Positions 43,300 to 52,243 of a stretch of DNA of 64,000 nucleotides are shown here, piece after piece. Where the stretch lies: assembly GCA_963792965.1 (NCBI GenBank), contig CAWBYW010000016.1, positions 115,925 through 179,924 of the forward strand, in the 5' to 3' direction. Under the pieces are notes generated by a model. The model saw nothing but the letters and a program-made list of their open reading frames with translations. It did no database searches and was not told where the DNA came from. The stretch comes from an uncultured delta proteobacterium (GTDB lineage: Bacteria; Desulfobacterota; Zymogenia; Zymogenales; Zymogenaceae). Every line of letters begins with the position of its first letter. The first letter of the stretch is position 1. Position numbers and translations under genes: made by a program.

Positions 43300-43839
43300 C
43301 TATCGGCCGATGGGGCCCGCAAATGACTCGGGATCGGCCCCCGCCCGGAGGATCGTATTGTAGTACCTCAGCGTGACGATGTGAATCACCCGCTCGCGCA
43401 TAGTATCGGGGGTCGCCTTCATGAGAGCGGGGAGGTCCTTGTAGAAATCCTTCAGCGACTCGTTCACGTCGCTCTTCATCTCGGGCGTCGGCGCGCCGGC
43501 ACGACCGAGGCCCGGAGGTTCTTGTATTCGTCCCACTCGGCGTCAAGGATGACGTCCAGCGCGTCTCCCACGGCACCTGTGTCCGTCCCGCCGGGCTGGC
43601 TGTAGTCCGTACCCGACGGCGTCTCGGAGACCGTGGGAGGCACAAGCATCCTGGTCCCGGGCGGCGGCGATCATCTCCCACTCGTGGCGAGGGACGTCCG
43701 GATCTCGCTTTTGCGGCTTGGGATAGCCCGCCTTGATCTGATCGATCGCAAGGGTAACGTCGGCAAAGACCCCCCCGACCTTCGGACCCTTCTCTCCGGG
43801 CGCGGGCGCCTTTTTTTCGCAGGCCCACGAGAAGATCAA
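43300..43839 (-). CDS. Small secreted/lipoprotein, hypothetical (frameshifted)
   Basis: ORFs 43543..43839 and 43300..43536 look like two halves of one gene (signal-peptide-like LLSFLLIFSWAC...; C-terminal half KDFYKDLPALMK...). No family is recognised. Confidence 0.3.
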
Positions 43840-43911
43840 GAGAAACGAGAGGAGCCCAAGAATCGGCCAGAGCAGTCCCGGTCGGGCGCTCAGTCCGTCC
43901 CGCCGTTTCCG

Positions 43912-44779
43912 TCAGGATCGGCCGAGCGCCGAGAGGATCTCGGCCAGCGCCCGATCCGAGCGATACGTATTGGTCTTGATGTTCCATCCCTTCTCCTTCA
44001 AACCGATTAAGAGCTGGGTAACCTCGGGCAGAAACGGCCTCACGCCGTCGAGCGCCGCCCGGTCGGAAAAGAGTTCTTCCGGGGTGCTGTCTAGTTTGAT
44101 CTTCCCCTTCTCGATAACGACGATCCGGTCGGCCACCCGGATGATTTCTTCCATGTCATGGGAGATGATGATGACGGTCTTGTTCTTGGCGTTGAGGGCC
44201 TTGATGTGCCGGATGGTCTCGGTCCTCGACTGGGGATCAAGTCCCTGGGTGGGCTCGTCGAATATGAGTATGGGAGGATCCATAGCGAGGATCGAGGCGA
44301 TGGCGACCTTGCGCTGCTCACCGCCGGAAAGGGTGAACGGCGAGCGCGTCCTGAGCCGGTCGATGTCAAGGTTGACGAGGCCTGCCGCATCACGACACTC
44401 GCCTTTCGACCTCCTCTTTCGAAAAACCCCCTCGGTTGACGAGGGAAAACGCGATCTCTTTCTCGACCGTCTCCTCAAAGAGCTGGTGCTCGGGATACTG
44501 AAAGACGAGCCCTACCATTTCCCGCAGCCTGCCGGTCTTCTTGGTGGCGGGCGTCAGGTCAAAATCACCGACGCGGACGCTCCCCTTCGCGGGCGTCAGC
44601 AGTCCGTTGAGGTGCAGCGCCAGCGTCGTCTTCCCCGAGCCGGTGCGCCCGATCAGCGCGACGAACTGGCCCTCCTCGATCGAGAGGTTCACCCCCGAGA
44701 GCGCCTCCTTTTCCAGCGGCGTATTGGGGAAAAAGACATGCGAGAGGTCTTTTATCTCGATGAGCGGTGCGGTCGTCAT
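43912..44779 (-). CDS. ABC/ECF-type transporter ATP-binding protein (CbiO/EcfA-like), apparent frameshift at about 44410
   Basis: Walker A (GRTGSGKTT) and Q-loop in ORF 44390..44779. Signature (LSGGEQRKVAIA), Walker B (ILIFDEPTQGLD) and H-loop in ORF 43912..44478. Confidence 0.7.
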
Positions 44780-45033
44780 GAGACTTTGTAGACCATGTCG
44801 CCCGGCCGAACCCTGTCTTTGATCTTGATCCCCACGAGTGCGCCTGACGCGACCTCGGTTACCGGGGCGTTGTCGATCTGCATCGACTCCACCACTTCCG
44901 TGAAATCGGTCGTCGCACCCTTGAAGCGGAGCTCGTCCCCAACCTTGAGGGAGCCCTCGACCTTTATGGCGGCAACCGACGGCTTGGCAAAGAACTTGAT
45001 GACCTCTCCGATTTTTACCTCACTTGACATCAC
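44776..45033 (-). CDS. Small beta-barrel protein resembling EF-Tu/SelB domain II (tentative)
   Basis: 85-aa ORF with a G-rich beta-barrel pattern (IKVEGSLKVGDELRFKG...GALVGIKIKDRVRPGDMVYKV). It lies immediately downstream of selA. Confidence 0.35.
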   Translation of the reverse strand: MMSSEVKIGEVIKFFAKPSVAAIKVEGSLKVGDELRFKGATTDFTEVVESMQIDNAPVTEVASGALVGIKIKDRVRPGDMVYKVS

Positions 45034-45052
45034 ACTCCTCCTCCCGTGGTAG

Positions 45053-46524
45053 TCAGCATGATCTATCCTTATTCATTCCCTTCTCATGGCCGACAGGATT
45101 CCGTTTGCGAGGTCCGTGACCTCCCTCTCCAGGACGGTTCGAGGATCGATGACGAGGCTCTCGTCCGAGATTCGTGCGATAATGGTCGGATGCTTGCGTC
45201 CTCAAGCGTCTCTCGAGCGCCTCGGGGCTCTCGGCCAGCGGAGCAATCGTTACCACCCTTGTCGGGATCTGTGCGGTGGGAAATGCCCCGCCGCCCACTC
45301 CCGAGAAGTCATCGGCGGTCGTGACGTGGAACTTCGGATGGGGCGTGGCCGCCAGCAGCTTCACGATCCTTTTGGCCCTTTTCTTCGTCTCGTCATAGGA
45401 CATCGTAATCATCGCCAGGACCGGGATCTTTTTTCGCGCATCAAACGGGTCCCGATAAATCATCAGGGTCGATTCGACGGCGGCAAGCGACAGCTTATCG
45501 ATCCTCACGGCCCGCGCCAGTGGGTTCTTTTTAATGCGGTCCGATCGGGTCCGCCTCCCCTACGATGAACCCCGCCTGGGCACCGCCCAACAGCTTATCG
45601 CCCGAAAAACGTAATGACATCGACGCCCGATTTAATCACTTCCGAGACGGTCGGCTCATGGGGGAGGCCCCAGGGCCCGAGATCCATGAGCGAGCCGCTG
45701 CCGAGGTCCTCCATGACCGGGATGTCATATTTTTTCCCGAGCCCGACGAGCTCGGCGGTCGACACTTCCTCGGTGAACCCGACGATCCGGTAATTGGAGG
45801 TGTGGACCTTGAGGAGGAGCGCGTCTGGCCGACCCGATGGCGCTCTCGTAGTCCGAAAGCCCTCGTCCGGTTCGTCGTGCCGACCTCTCTGAGGCGCGCG
45901 CCGCTCTTTTCCATGACATCCGGGATACTAAAAGCGCCGCCGATCTCCACCAGCTCTCCCCGTGAGACGATGACGTCCCTGCCGTCGGCAAGAGTATTGA
46001 GCGCAAGCAACACGGCCGCGGCGTTGTTGTTGACCGCAAGGCCCGCCTCCGCGGAGGTGATATGGGCGATCAGGTCGGAAACGTGGTCGTGGCGGGATCC
46101 CCGCTCTCCGCGCTCGACGTTGAATTCGAGATTGGAATAGCCCGAGGCGATGCGTACGATATGCTCGAGGGCCTCCGCGGCGAGGGGCGCGCGGCCGAGG
46201 TTTGTATGCAAGATAATCCCCGTGGCGTTGATGACGGGCGCAAGCTGACGGCGTGACCGATTTGATCAGCCACTGCTCGATGAGCGACAAGAGCTCCGGC
46301 TCCGAGACTTCGGCGGGATGCTCTTTGGACATGAGCTCTTTTCGCGCGGACAAAATGGCGCCTCTCACCGCCTCCTTTACCACCATCCTCGGAAAGCGCC
46401 TCGATAGTTCCGTGACCATGGGGTGAGCCAGCAGCTTATCCACCGCGGGGAGTTTGGCGAGAGGGGATTTTTGTGCCGGGTTTTCCGACTTTCTTGGCAT
46501 GGCGCCGCTCGAGATTTTTTCCAT
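45053..46524 (-). CDS. selA: L-seryl-tRNA(Sec) selenium transferase SelA, fragmented into 4 or more frames
   Basis: N-terminus KLPAVDKLL. Core [11 protein letters not shown]...[56 protein letters not shown] is nearly identical in pattern to E. coli SelA (PLP-lysine region). The C-terminal domain is [20 protein letters not shown]... The pieces lie in ORFs 45928..46524, 45636..46211, 45725..46039 and 45053..45508. Confidence 0.75.
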
Positions 46525-46787
46525 CTATACCATACTTTGACGGATTTCTCAAGGAAAATAAGGCTCTATGGGCGACGAACCTGACCCTCCCGCGCGGTTC
46601 TCAGTTCGGAAATGGAGATTTTGACCCTCAGGCGAGCGAAGGGCTCGGGGGGCCGAGCCCCGCCAAGACAAACGATTCCGCCGCTCATTATCTGACGGTA
46701 AAGGTAACTGAAGTCAGCTCCGCTCCACCCGAATCGGAGCCGTTCATGCGCAGGTCGTAGCTTCCGGGGGTCGTCGGGCCACAAGGC

Positions 46788-47792
46788 TTATAAATCCTCA
46801 ATTTCTTTAACCAGACTTCGGTCCAGCCGCGCCCCGTGGCTTGCCACCACCTGGGCGGAGATGTAGGCCGCGATCCTGCCGGCCCTCTCCATGTCTATTC
46901 CGTGCGTGACCCCGTAGAGGATTCCCGCCGCGTAGGCGTCCCCCGCCCCGTTGGTGTTGACGACCCGGACGGGGTAAATCGGCACCCTGATGACACGGTC
47001 GTCGGCCTTGATGAGGCTTCCCCGCTGCCCGAGCTTGACGACGGCCAGATCGCACAGCTCGTATATCAGAGACAGCGCCTGTTCCTCGTCATCCTTTCCG
47101 GTGAACGCCCTGGCTTCAAGCTCATTGACGAAAATGATATCGGCGTATTCCTTGACAAGGTCGCGGATCGGCTCAAGGTTCCTTCCGATGAGGGCGGGGT
47201 CGGCAAGATCGATGGAGACCCGTCCCCCCGACTCATGCGCGATTTTCATCGCGTGGACGCAGGTCTCCCTCAACAGGGGGTCCTCCAGCTGGTACCCCTC
47301 AATATGAAGGGTCTTGCTCTCCCTGATGTCCTCATCAAGGATATCTTCCTTCCTGAAATGGATTGCCGCGCCCAGATGCGTGGCAAACGTCCGCTCGGAA
47401 TCCGGGGTAATGAAGGTGATAGCGTGGCCGGTGCCTGCGGACTTGTGCCTGGAGAGCTTGGATGCGACCCCGTCTACGATCGTCCTCTGCTCATAGACCG
47501 TCCCGTGGTAGTCGTCGCCGATCTTGCCGAGGAAGACGGCGCTCCCCCCGAGGGCGCTGACGCCGGCCAGGGTGTTGGCCGATGAGCCCCCCGGGGCGGT
47601 CTTTACCGTGTAGCTCTCCAGCATCTTGAGGATCTTGGTGCTCTGGGCTTCGTCTATCAGGTGCATCTCGCCCTTCTTCATATCGATCTCGGCCAGCACT
47701 CCCTCGTCCACCTCGACGATGAAATCCAACAGCGGGCTCCCGATTCCGCAGACATCGTATCGCTTCACCGAATGTTCCTCAGGCTTCATCAT
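46788..47792 (-). CDS. PfkB-family carbohydrate/nucleoside kinase (adenosine kinase-like)
   Basis: The GG dipeptide region and the C-terminal NTNGAGDAYAAG anion-hole motif are typical of ribokinase/PfkB kinases. Confidence 0.8.
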   Translation of the reverse strand: MMKPEEHSVKRYDVCGIGSPLLDFIVEVDEGVLAEIDMKKGEMHLIDEAQSTKILKMLESYTVKTAPGGSSANTLAGVSALGGSAVFLGKIGDDYHGTVYEQRTIVDGVASKLSRHKSAGTGHAITFITPDSERTFATHLGAAIHFRKEDILDEDIRESKTLHIEGYQLEDPLLRETCVHAMKIAHESGGRVSIDLADPALIGRNLEPIRDLVKEYADIIFVNELEARAFTGKDDEEQALSLIYELCDLAVVKLGQRGSLIKADDRVIRVPIYPVRVVNTNGAGDAYAAGILYGVTHGIDMERAGRIAAYISAQVVASHGARLDRSLVKEIEDL

Positions 47793-47832
47793 CGCCCCAC
47801 CGATACTCTATTACTGTGCATTCCGTCACACT

Positions 47833-49409
47833 CTACCGTCCGAGCAGGAGGCGACCGATAATCGACCGGATCGTCTCGTCATCACGCCCGGTCGAGTCGA
47901 CGCCGAGGGAATCGGGCCTCTCCGATGCGTCGAGTGGCTCGCGGAGCAGCTTTTGCTTCAGGTAGACCTCAAAGGTCGCGTCCGACGCGTTTTTCTCCTT
48001 CATCCGCTTGGCAATCCTTCTCTTGACCACGTCGTCCGGGCACGTGACGGCAACTATAAGGAAACGCGCCCCGGTCTTTTCGGCGACGCTCTTTGCCTCC
48101 TGCCTCTCTTTGTGCTTGAGGAAGCATGCGTCCAGGATCACGGATCGGTTGGCCCCGAGCGCTTTTTCGGCGCGCGCATACAGGGTAGCGTAGGTTTTCC
48201 TGGTCATCGTGGTCGAGTAGATCCCGGATCCGAAACGGTCGTAGTGGTGAGCCAGAGGGCTTTGCCCCGCCAGCTCCTTTCTCACCTCGTCGGAGCGATA
48301 GACAATGCTGTCCATTTCGTCGGCAAGATCGTCGGCGATTCGGCTCTTGCCCGTCCCGGCAAGGCCGAACATGATGATCAAGAACGGGCGCGTCTCCCTC
48401 ACCGCATAGTGATGGGCAAGGTGAAAATAGCCCCGGGCCCGCCCGGCCGCCTCTTCTTTTTCTTCTGAGTCGATCTCCGCCTCTCCCAGCTCGAAGCTCA
48501 GCACCTTTCCCCGGGTAAAGGCGTGGTAGCAGGCGTAAAAGTCTATCAGCTCGCCGAGCCGTGTGTCCCCCGAGAGCCGCACATATTCTTCGACGAAGAA
48601 GCGCGGCAAGTCCCGGATACCTGAAGGAGTCCAGATCCATCTTGAGAAAGGCGATATCCTGGGCCACGTCCCCCATCCGGAATCGCTCGTTGAACTCGAT
48701 GCAGTCATAGATATAGATATCCTTTGTGGTGATGCAGATGTTTCTCGAGTGGAGGTCTCCGTGCCCCTCCCTGATAAACCCGCCCGCGACCCTCTCCTCC
48801 AAGAGGTCGGCCTTCTCCCTGAAGAAGCGCTCGGTATAGTCCTTGATCGTCTCAAAGTCGAGGGGCGGTATCGTCTTTGAGATATACTTTTTCGTCTGGT
48901 TGAAGTTCTCGTCGCAGTTGAGCCCGATCACAGGGATCGTCCCGTATCGGTTGACGTGCTGGCCCGTGCGCGCGGCGCGGTAAAACGGGACGAGGACCCC
49001 GACTATCCGCGCGATGTCGCCTCTCCCGACCTTCCCCGCGGCAAGCCCCACGTCCATCATCCCCCGCGCCGGGAGCCGCCTCATCACGACGGCGAAGTCT
49101 ATGACGGTGCCCGCGCCCTCTGACCGCGATGCGTGTCCCGTCATCCGTAATCGGCACCACGCCGAGATAGACATCGGGGCAGAGCCGCGCGTTGAGCGCG
49201 ACTTCCTGCTCGCAGTAGAACTTACGCTTTTCCAGCGTGGTGAAATCGAGGAATCCGAAGTCCACCGGCTTCTTGATCTTGTAGACGAGGTCGCCGGCGA
49301 TAAATACGACCGAGATATGGGTCTGGATGACCTCGGCCCGCTTGGGCCAGTGGGGAAAGCTCCCGGGCTTGCTGAGCGACTCGATGAGCGCCGTCAGGGG
49401 CATGGACAA
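47833..49409 (-). CDS. Bifunctional APH-like protein-kinase-fold phosphotransferase / P-loop (AAA_33-like) kinase, fragmented by apparent frameshifts
   Basis: N-terminal kinase N-lobe (VYKIKKP). Catalytic loop HGDLHSRNI and DFG-like IYDCIEF in ORF 47969..49174. C-terminal Walker A GLAGTGKS and ...[10 protein letters not shown] in ORF 47833..48855. Confidence 0.6.
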
Positions 49410-49493
49410 CTCCGATAGGGGAAAATAGCAAGGGGGAAAGACGGCTTCCCCCCACGTAACTCAGTCACAGGAATGATTCGCGCGCGCCTCTCA

Positions 49494-50660
49494 TTACGAG
49501 AAGAGGTCGTCGAAAAATCTTTTCTTCGTCTTGATTTTCAACAGACTGAAAATGTCCCGCTGAATGTCCCGGATGCTCTTTCCGGCCTCAACCATGACGT
49601 CCTGTTTGCGCCACTCGTCGAGCCGAAACGGGTGGTCCGACAGGCCCGACAGGTCAAAGCCCTCATCGTGGGCCTTCTGTACGAATCCCTGCGGCAGCTC
49701 GTTGGGAAGCGTCACGTCGTTCATGATCGCCCACACCATCGTCCAGAGCCGCGCCGTGTTGAAATGGTTGTAGCCGCCGCCCCCGAGCGCGATCCATCGC
49801 TTTGCGTTCTGGCGCATCTTCGTTACGGCGTGGACGTAGCCCTGGGTGGTGAGGTTGAGGTTTGCCAGGGGGTCGGTCAGCATCATGTCGCAGCCCACCT
49901 GGCTGACCAGGACGTCCGGGGAGAACTTCTCGATGACCGGGACAAAAATATCGTCAAAGGCCCACATAAAGGTCCGGTCGTCGGTCCCGTAGCGGAGCGG
50001 AACGTTGAGGGAATACCCTTTCCCCTTGCCGGCGCCGATCTCCTCGGTAAAGCCCGTCCCGGGGAAGAGGGACTTGCCGCTCTCGTGAAACGAGAGGGTA
50101 AGGACCCTGTCGGTATCGTAGAAGGCGGCCTGCACGCCGTCGCCGTGGTGCGCGTCGATGTCGACGTACATCACCTTGAGCCGCTTCTTGACCAGGTACT
50201 GGATCGCGATGACGATATCGTTGACGAAACAGAATCCCGCGGCCCGATCCTTCATGGCGTGGTGCATACCGCCGGCCATGTTGAAGGCGGCCCAGGCCTT
50301 GCCTTCGGCCACCGTCCGCGCCGCCGTCATCGTGTTCCCGAGGACCATCAGGGAAAAATCGAGGATGCCGGGGAAGACCGGGTTATCTCCCGGGCCGATG
50401 TTATATTTCGCGTGCTCGGGCAGGTAGGTGCCGTCGTTTGCGCTCTTCAACGCCTCCATATAGCCCGCGTCATGGTAGGAGAGGGCCTCCTCGATCGGCG
50501 CCGCCGACGAAGAGAGATAGAGGGAATTTTCGAGCTTATCCAGCCCATATGCGCGGATCAGCTCCATCGCGTAGGTAACCCGCTCCCATTTGAGCGGATG
50601 TCCCGGCCCGTAGTTGAACTTCTCAAACCCCTCGGGGATGATCAGGGCGGTCTTTTTTGA
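49494..50660 (-). CDS. Histone deacetylase family protein (AcuC/acetylpolyamine amidohydrolase-like)
   Basis: HDAC motifs (GPGHPL, FCFVNDIVIA, DIDAHHGDG, SFHESG...FPGTG, GGGGY). The coding sequence clearly extends upstream of the first ATG (KKTALIIPEGFEKFNYGPGHPLKWERV) with no canonical start in frame, so the N-terminal coordinate is approximate. Confidence 0.75.
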   Translation of the reverse strand, partial: SKKTALIIPEGFEKFNYGPGHPLKWERVTYAMELIRAYGLDKLENSLYLSSSAAPIEEALSYHDAGYMEALKSANDGTYLPEHAKYNIGPGDNPVFPGILDFSLMVLGNTMTAARTVAEGKAWAAFNMAGGMHHAMKDRAAGFCFVNDIVIAIQYLVKKRLKVMYVDIDAHHGDGVQAAFYDTDRVLTLSFHESGKSLFPGTGFTEEIGAGKGKGYSLNVPLRYGTDDRTFMWAFDDIFVPVIEKFSPDVLVSQVGCDMMLTDPLANLNLTTQGYVHAVTKMRQNAKRWIALGGGGYNHFNTARLWTMVWAIMNDVTLPNELPQGFVQKAHDEGFDLSGLSDHPFRLDEWRKQDVMVEAGKSIRDIQRDIFSLLKIKTKKRFFDDLFS

Positions 50661-50756
50661 GCGCTTGAAAATAGCTAACCTCCTGAAATCCTGCCTCCCA
50701 ATCAGCTGTATTGAGACCCACCGATATCGACGCGGCGACCTTAGCTTCGCTCAGTC

Positions 50757-52086
50757 CTACGGGGCGCCGAACGCCATGCTGGCGAAGGTGACGGTGGAAT
50801 CCGCGCTGTCCATCACCGTGCTGTCGTAGGAGAGGAGCCTCCCCTTCTTGTTTTCCAGCACCCTGAGCATCGTATAGATCGCCGGAAAGCCGCAGATCCT
50901 GCGTTTGTCGTCGTCCGACGCGATATGCTCGAGGAATCGATCCGCGTCTCCCGACGCGATCACCTCGATCATCTCATGGTCCCTTTCCCCGACGGTGGCC
51001 AGGTGCTCCCGCGTGGGGGGATGCTCGTCCCCGTATTTCACCCCGACGTGGGCAAAATCGACCGAGGCAATCAGCACGACCCTTCCCCGAAACGACGCCA
51101 CGGCCCCCTTGAGGGCGGCGATGAAATCCTCCACGACCGTCTTGACCGGCGCCAGCCGCTCCGAATAGAAGATCGAGTGGGGAAAGGAGGTGAGGATCGG
51201 CGCGATGGTAAACGGCGCATCGCCCAGCACGTACTTGAGAAAGACGGTCTGAAACTCGACGGTGTGCTCCGTGCGGTGGATCATCTCGCCGGTAAAGAGC
51301 CGGTCCCCGAAGCGCGCGCCCAGATCGTCCATGAACTCACGGTTCGTCCGGGCAACTCCGAACGGCGTCATGAAGTCCTTTTTCGTCCCGGCATAAAGCT
51401 GTTCGATCCCGGCGTGGCCGACGCCGAGCACCACGTAGAGGTCCGCCCTCGGCGCGCGCGCCAGCGCCGAGTAGGCGTGGGCGAAGCAGGTCCCCCGGAG
51501 GCGATGCTGATGTGGGGGGCAAGGAGCGCCGAAAGCCCGTCCCGGTCGGCGCCTGTACCATTGATCGGGTCCCCACGGCCGCCCCACCGTCGACCCCCGC
51601 GAAGTAGGAGGAGAACTCCTCTTTGAGCTTCTCAGGATCGGTCTGGTACCCGGCGCCCATATGGACCGCGGGACGGATCTGTGCGCGGAAAAAATCCCCC
51701 TCTATACGCCGCTTCTCTTTCAGGAACGATTCGCTCACCAGGAAATAGCTCTTGTCCAGCTCTTCGGCCACCTTCCTGATGTCTTCCAGGTCAAGGGTCG
51801 CGCCTGAATGCTTTTCTACTTCGGCCTGGATCTCCCGGAAGGTCTTGGTGCCGTCAAAAAATTGCATAACGGCCACGACCTCCCGGGGGACAAAGAGAAC
51901 CCGGTCCGTGTAAAGTAAGGGGTCCCTGAGCACGAGCCCCTCCTTGCCGCCGACGCTCATCGGGACGAACTCGACGTTTCTGAGCTTGGGATAGTCGTTA
52001 TCGGCCAAATCTGCACCTTTCTCGAATCGCGTGAGACCGCAAACTCGGAAAGTCCGGTTAAAGGGACTCTTTCTATTACGTATCAC
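50757..52086 (-). CDS. MEMO1/AmmeMemoRadiSam-system protein B-like protein with about 150-aa N-terminal extension (apparent frameshift at about 51450)
   Basis: Memo signature (RPAVHMGAGYQTDPEKL...) in ORF 51337..52086 and (HAYSALA...VLGVGHAGI...VDFAHVG) in ORF 50757..51587. Confidence 0.55.
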
Positions 52087-52243
52087 ACCACAAGGCTTTG
52101 GTCAAGCCCAAAACAGGCGCGTGCCCCGACACACCGCGAGCGCAGTGGCGCGCGATAGAGCGCCGGACCCGTGTCAACTCAATGTTATTGAAACCACGCC
52201 CATCATCTGATATGATGGCTCAGGTTTTTTTACAGGGTGTCTC

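Noticed and set aside
43277-43987. 236-aa minus-strand ORF spanning the small lipoprotein region
   Set aside because: The translation is Arg/Pro/Gly-rich nonsense. The two shorter overlapping ORFs in other frames look like the real, frameshifted gene.
46525-46787. Possible tRNA-Sec (selC) upstream of selA
   Set aside because: No acceptor/T-arm (GTTCRANYC) or anticodon-loop (CTTCAAA) pattern was found on either strand. Only a short GC hairpin (gctcggggggccgagc) is present.
46836-47585. 249-aa plus-strand ORF
   Set aside because: Antisense to the PfkB kinase gene.
49473-51626. Plus-strand ORFs 49473..50660 and 50925..51626
   Set aside because: Antisense to the HDAC and Memo-like genes. Both translations are low complexity.
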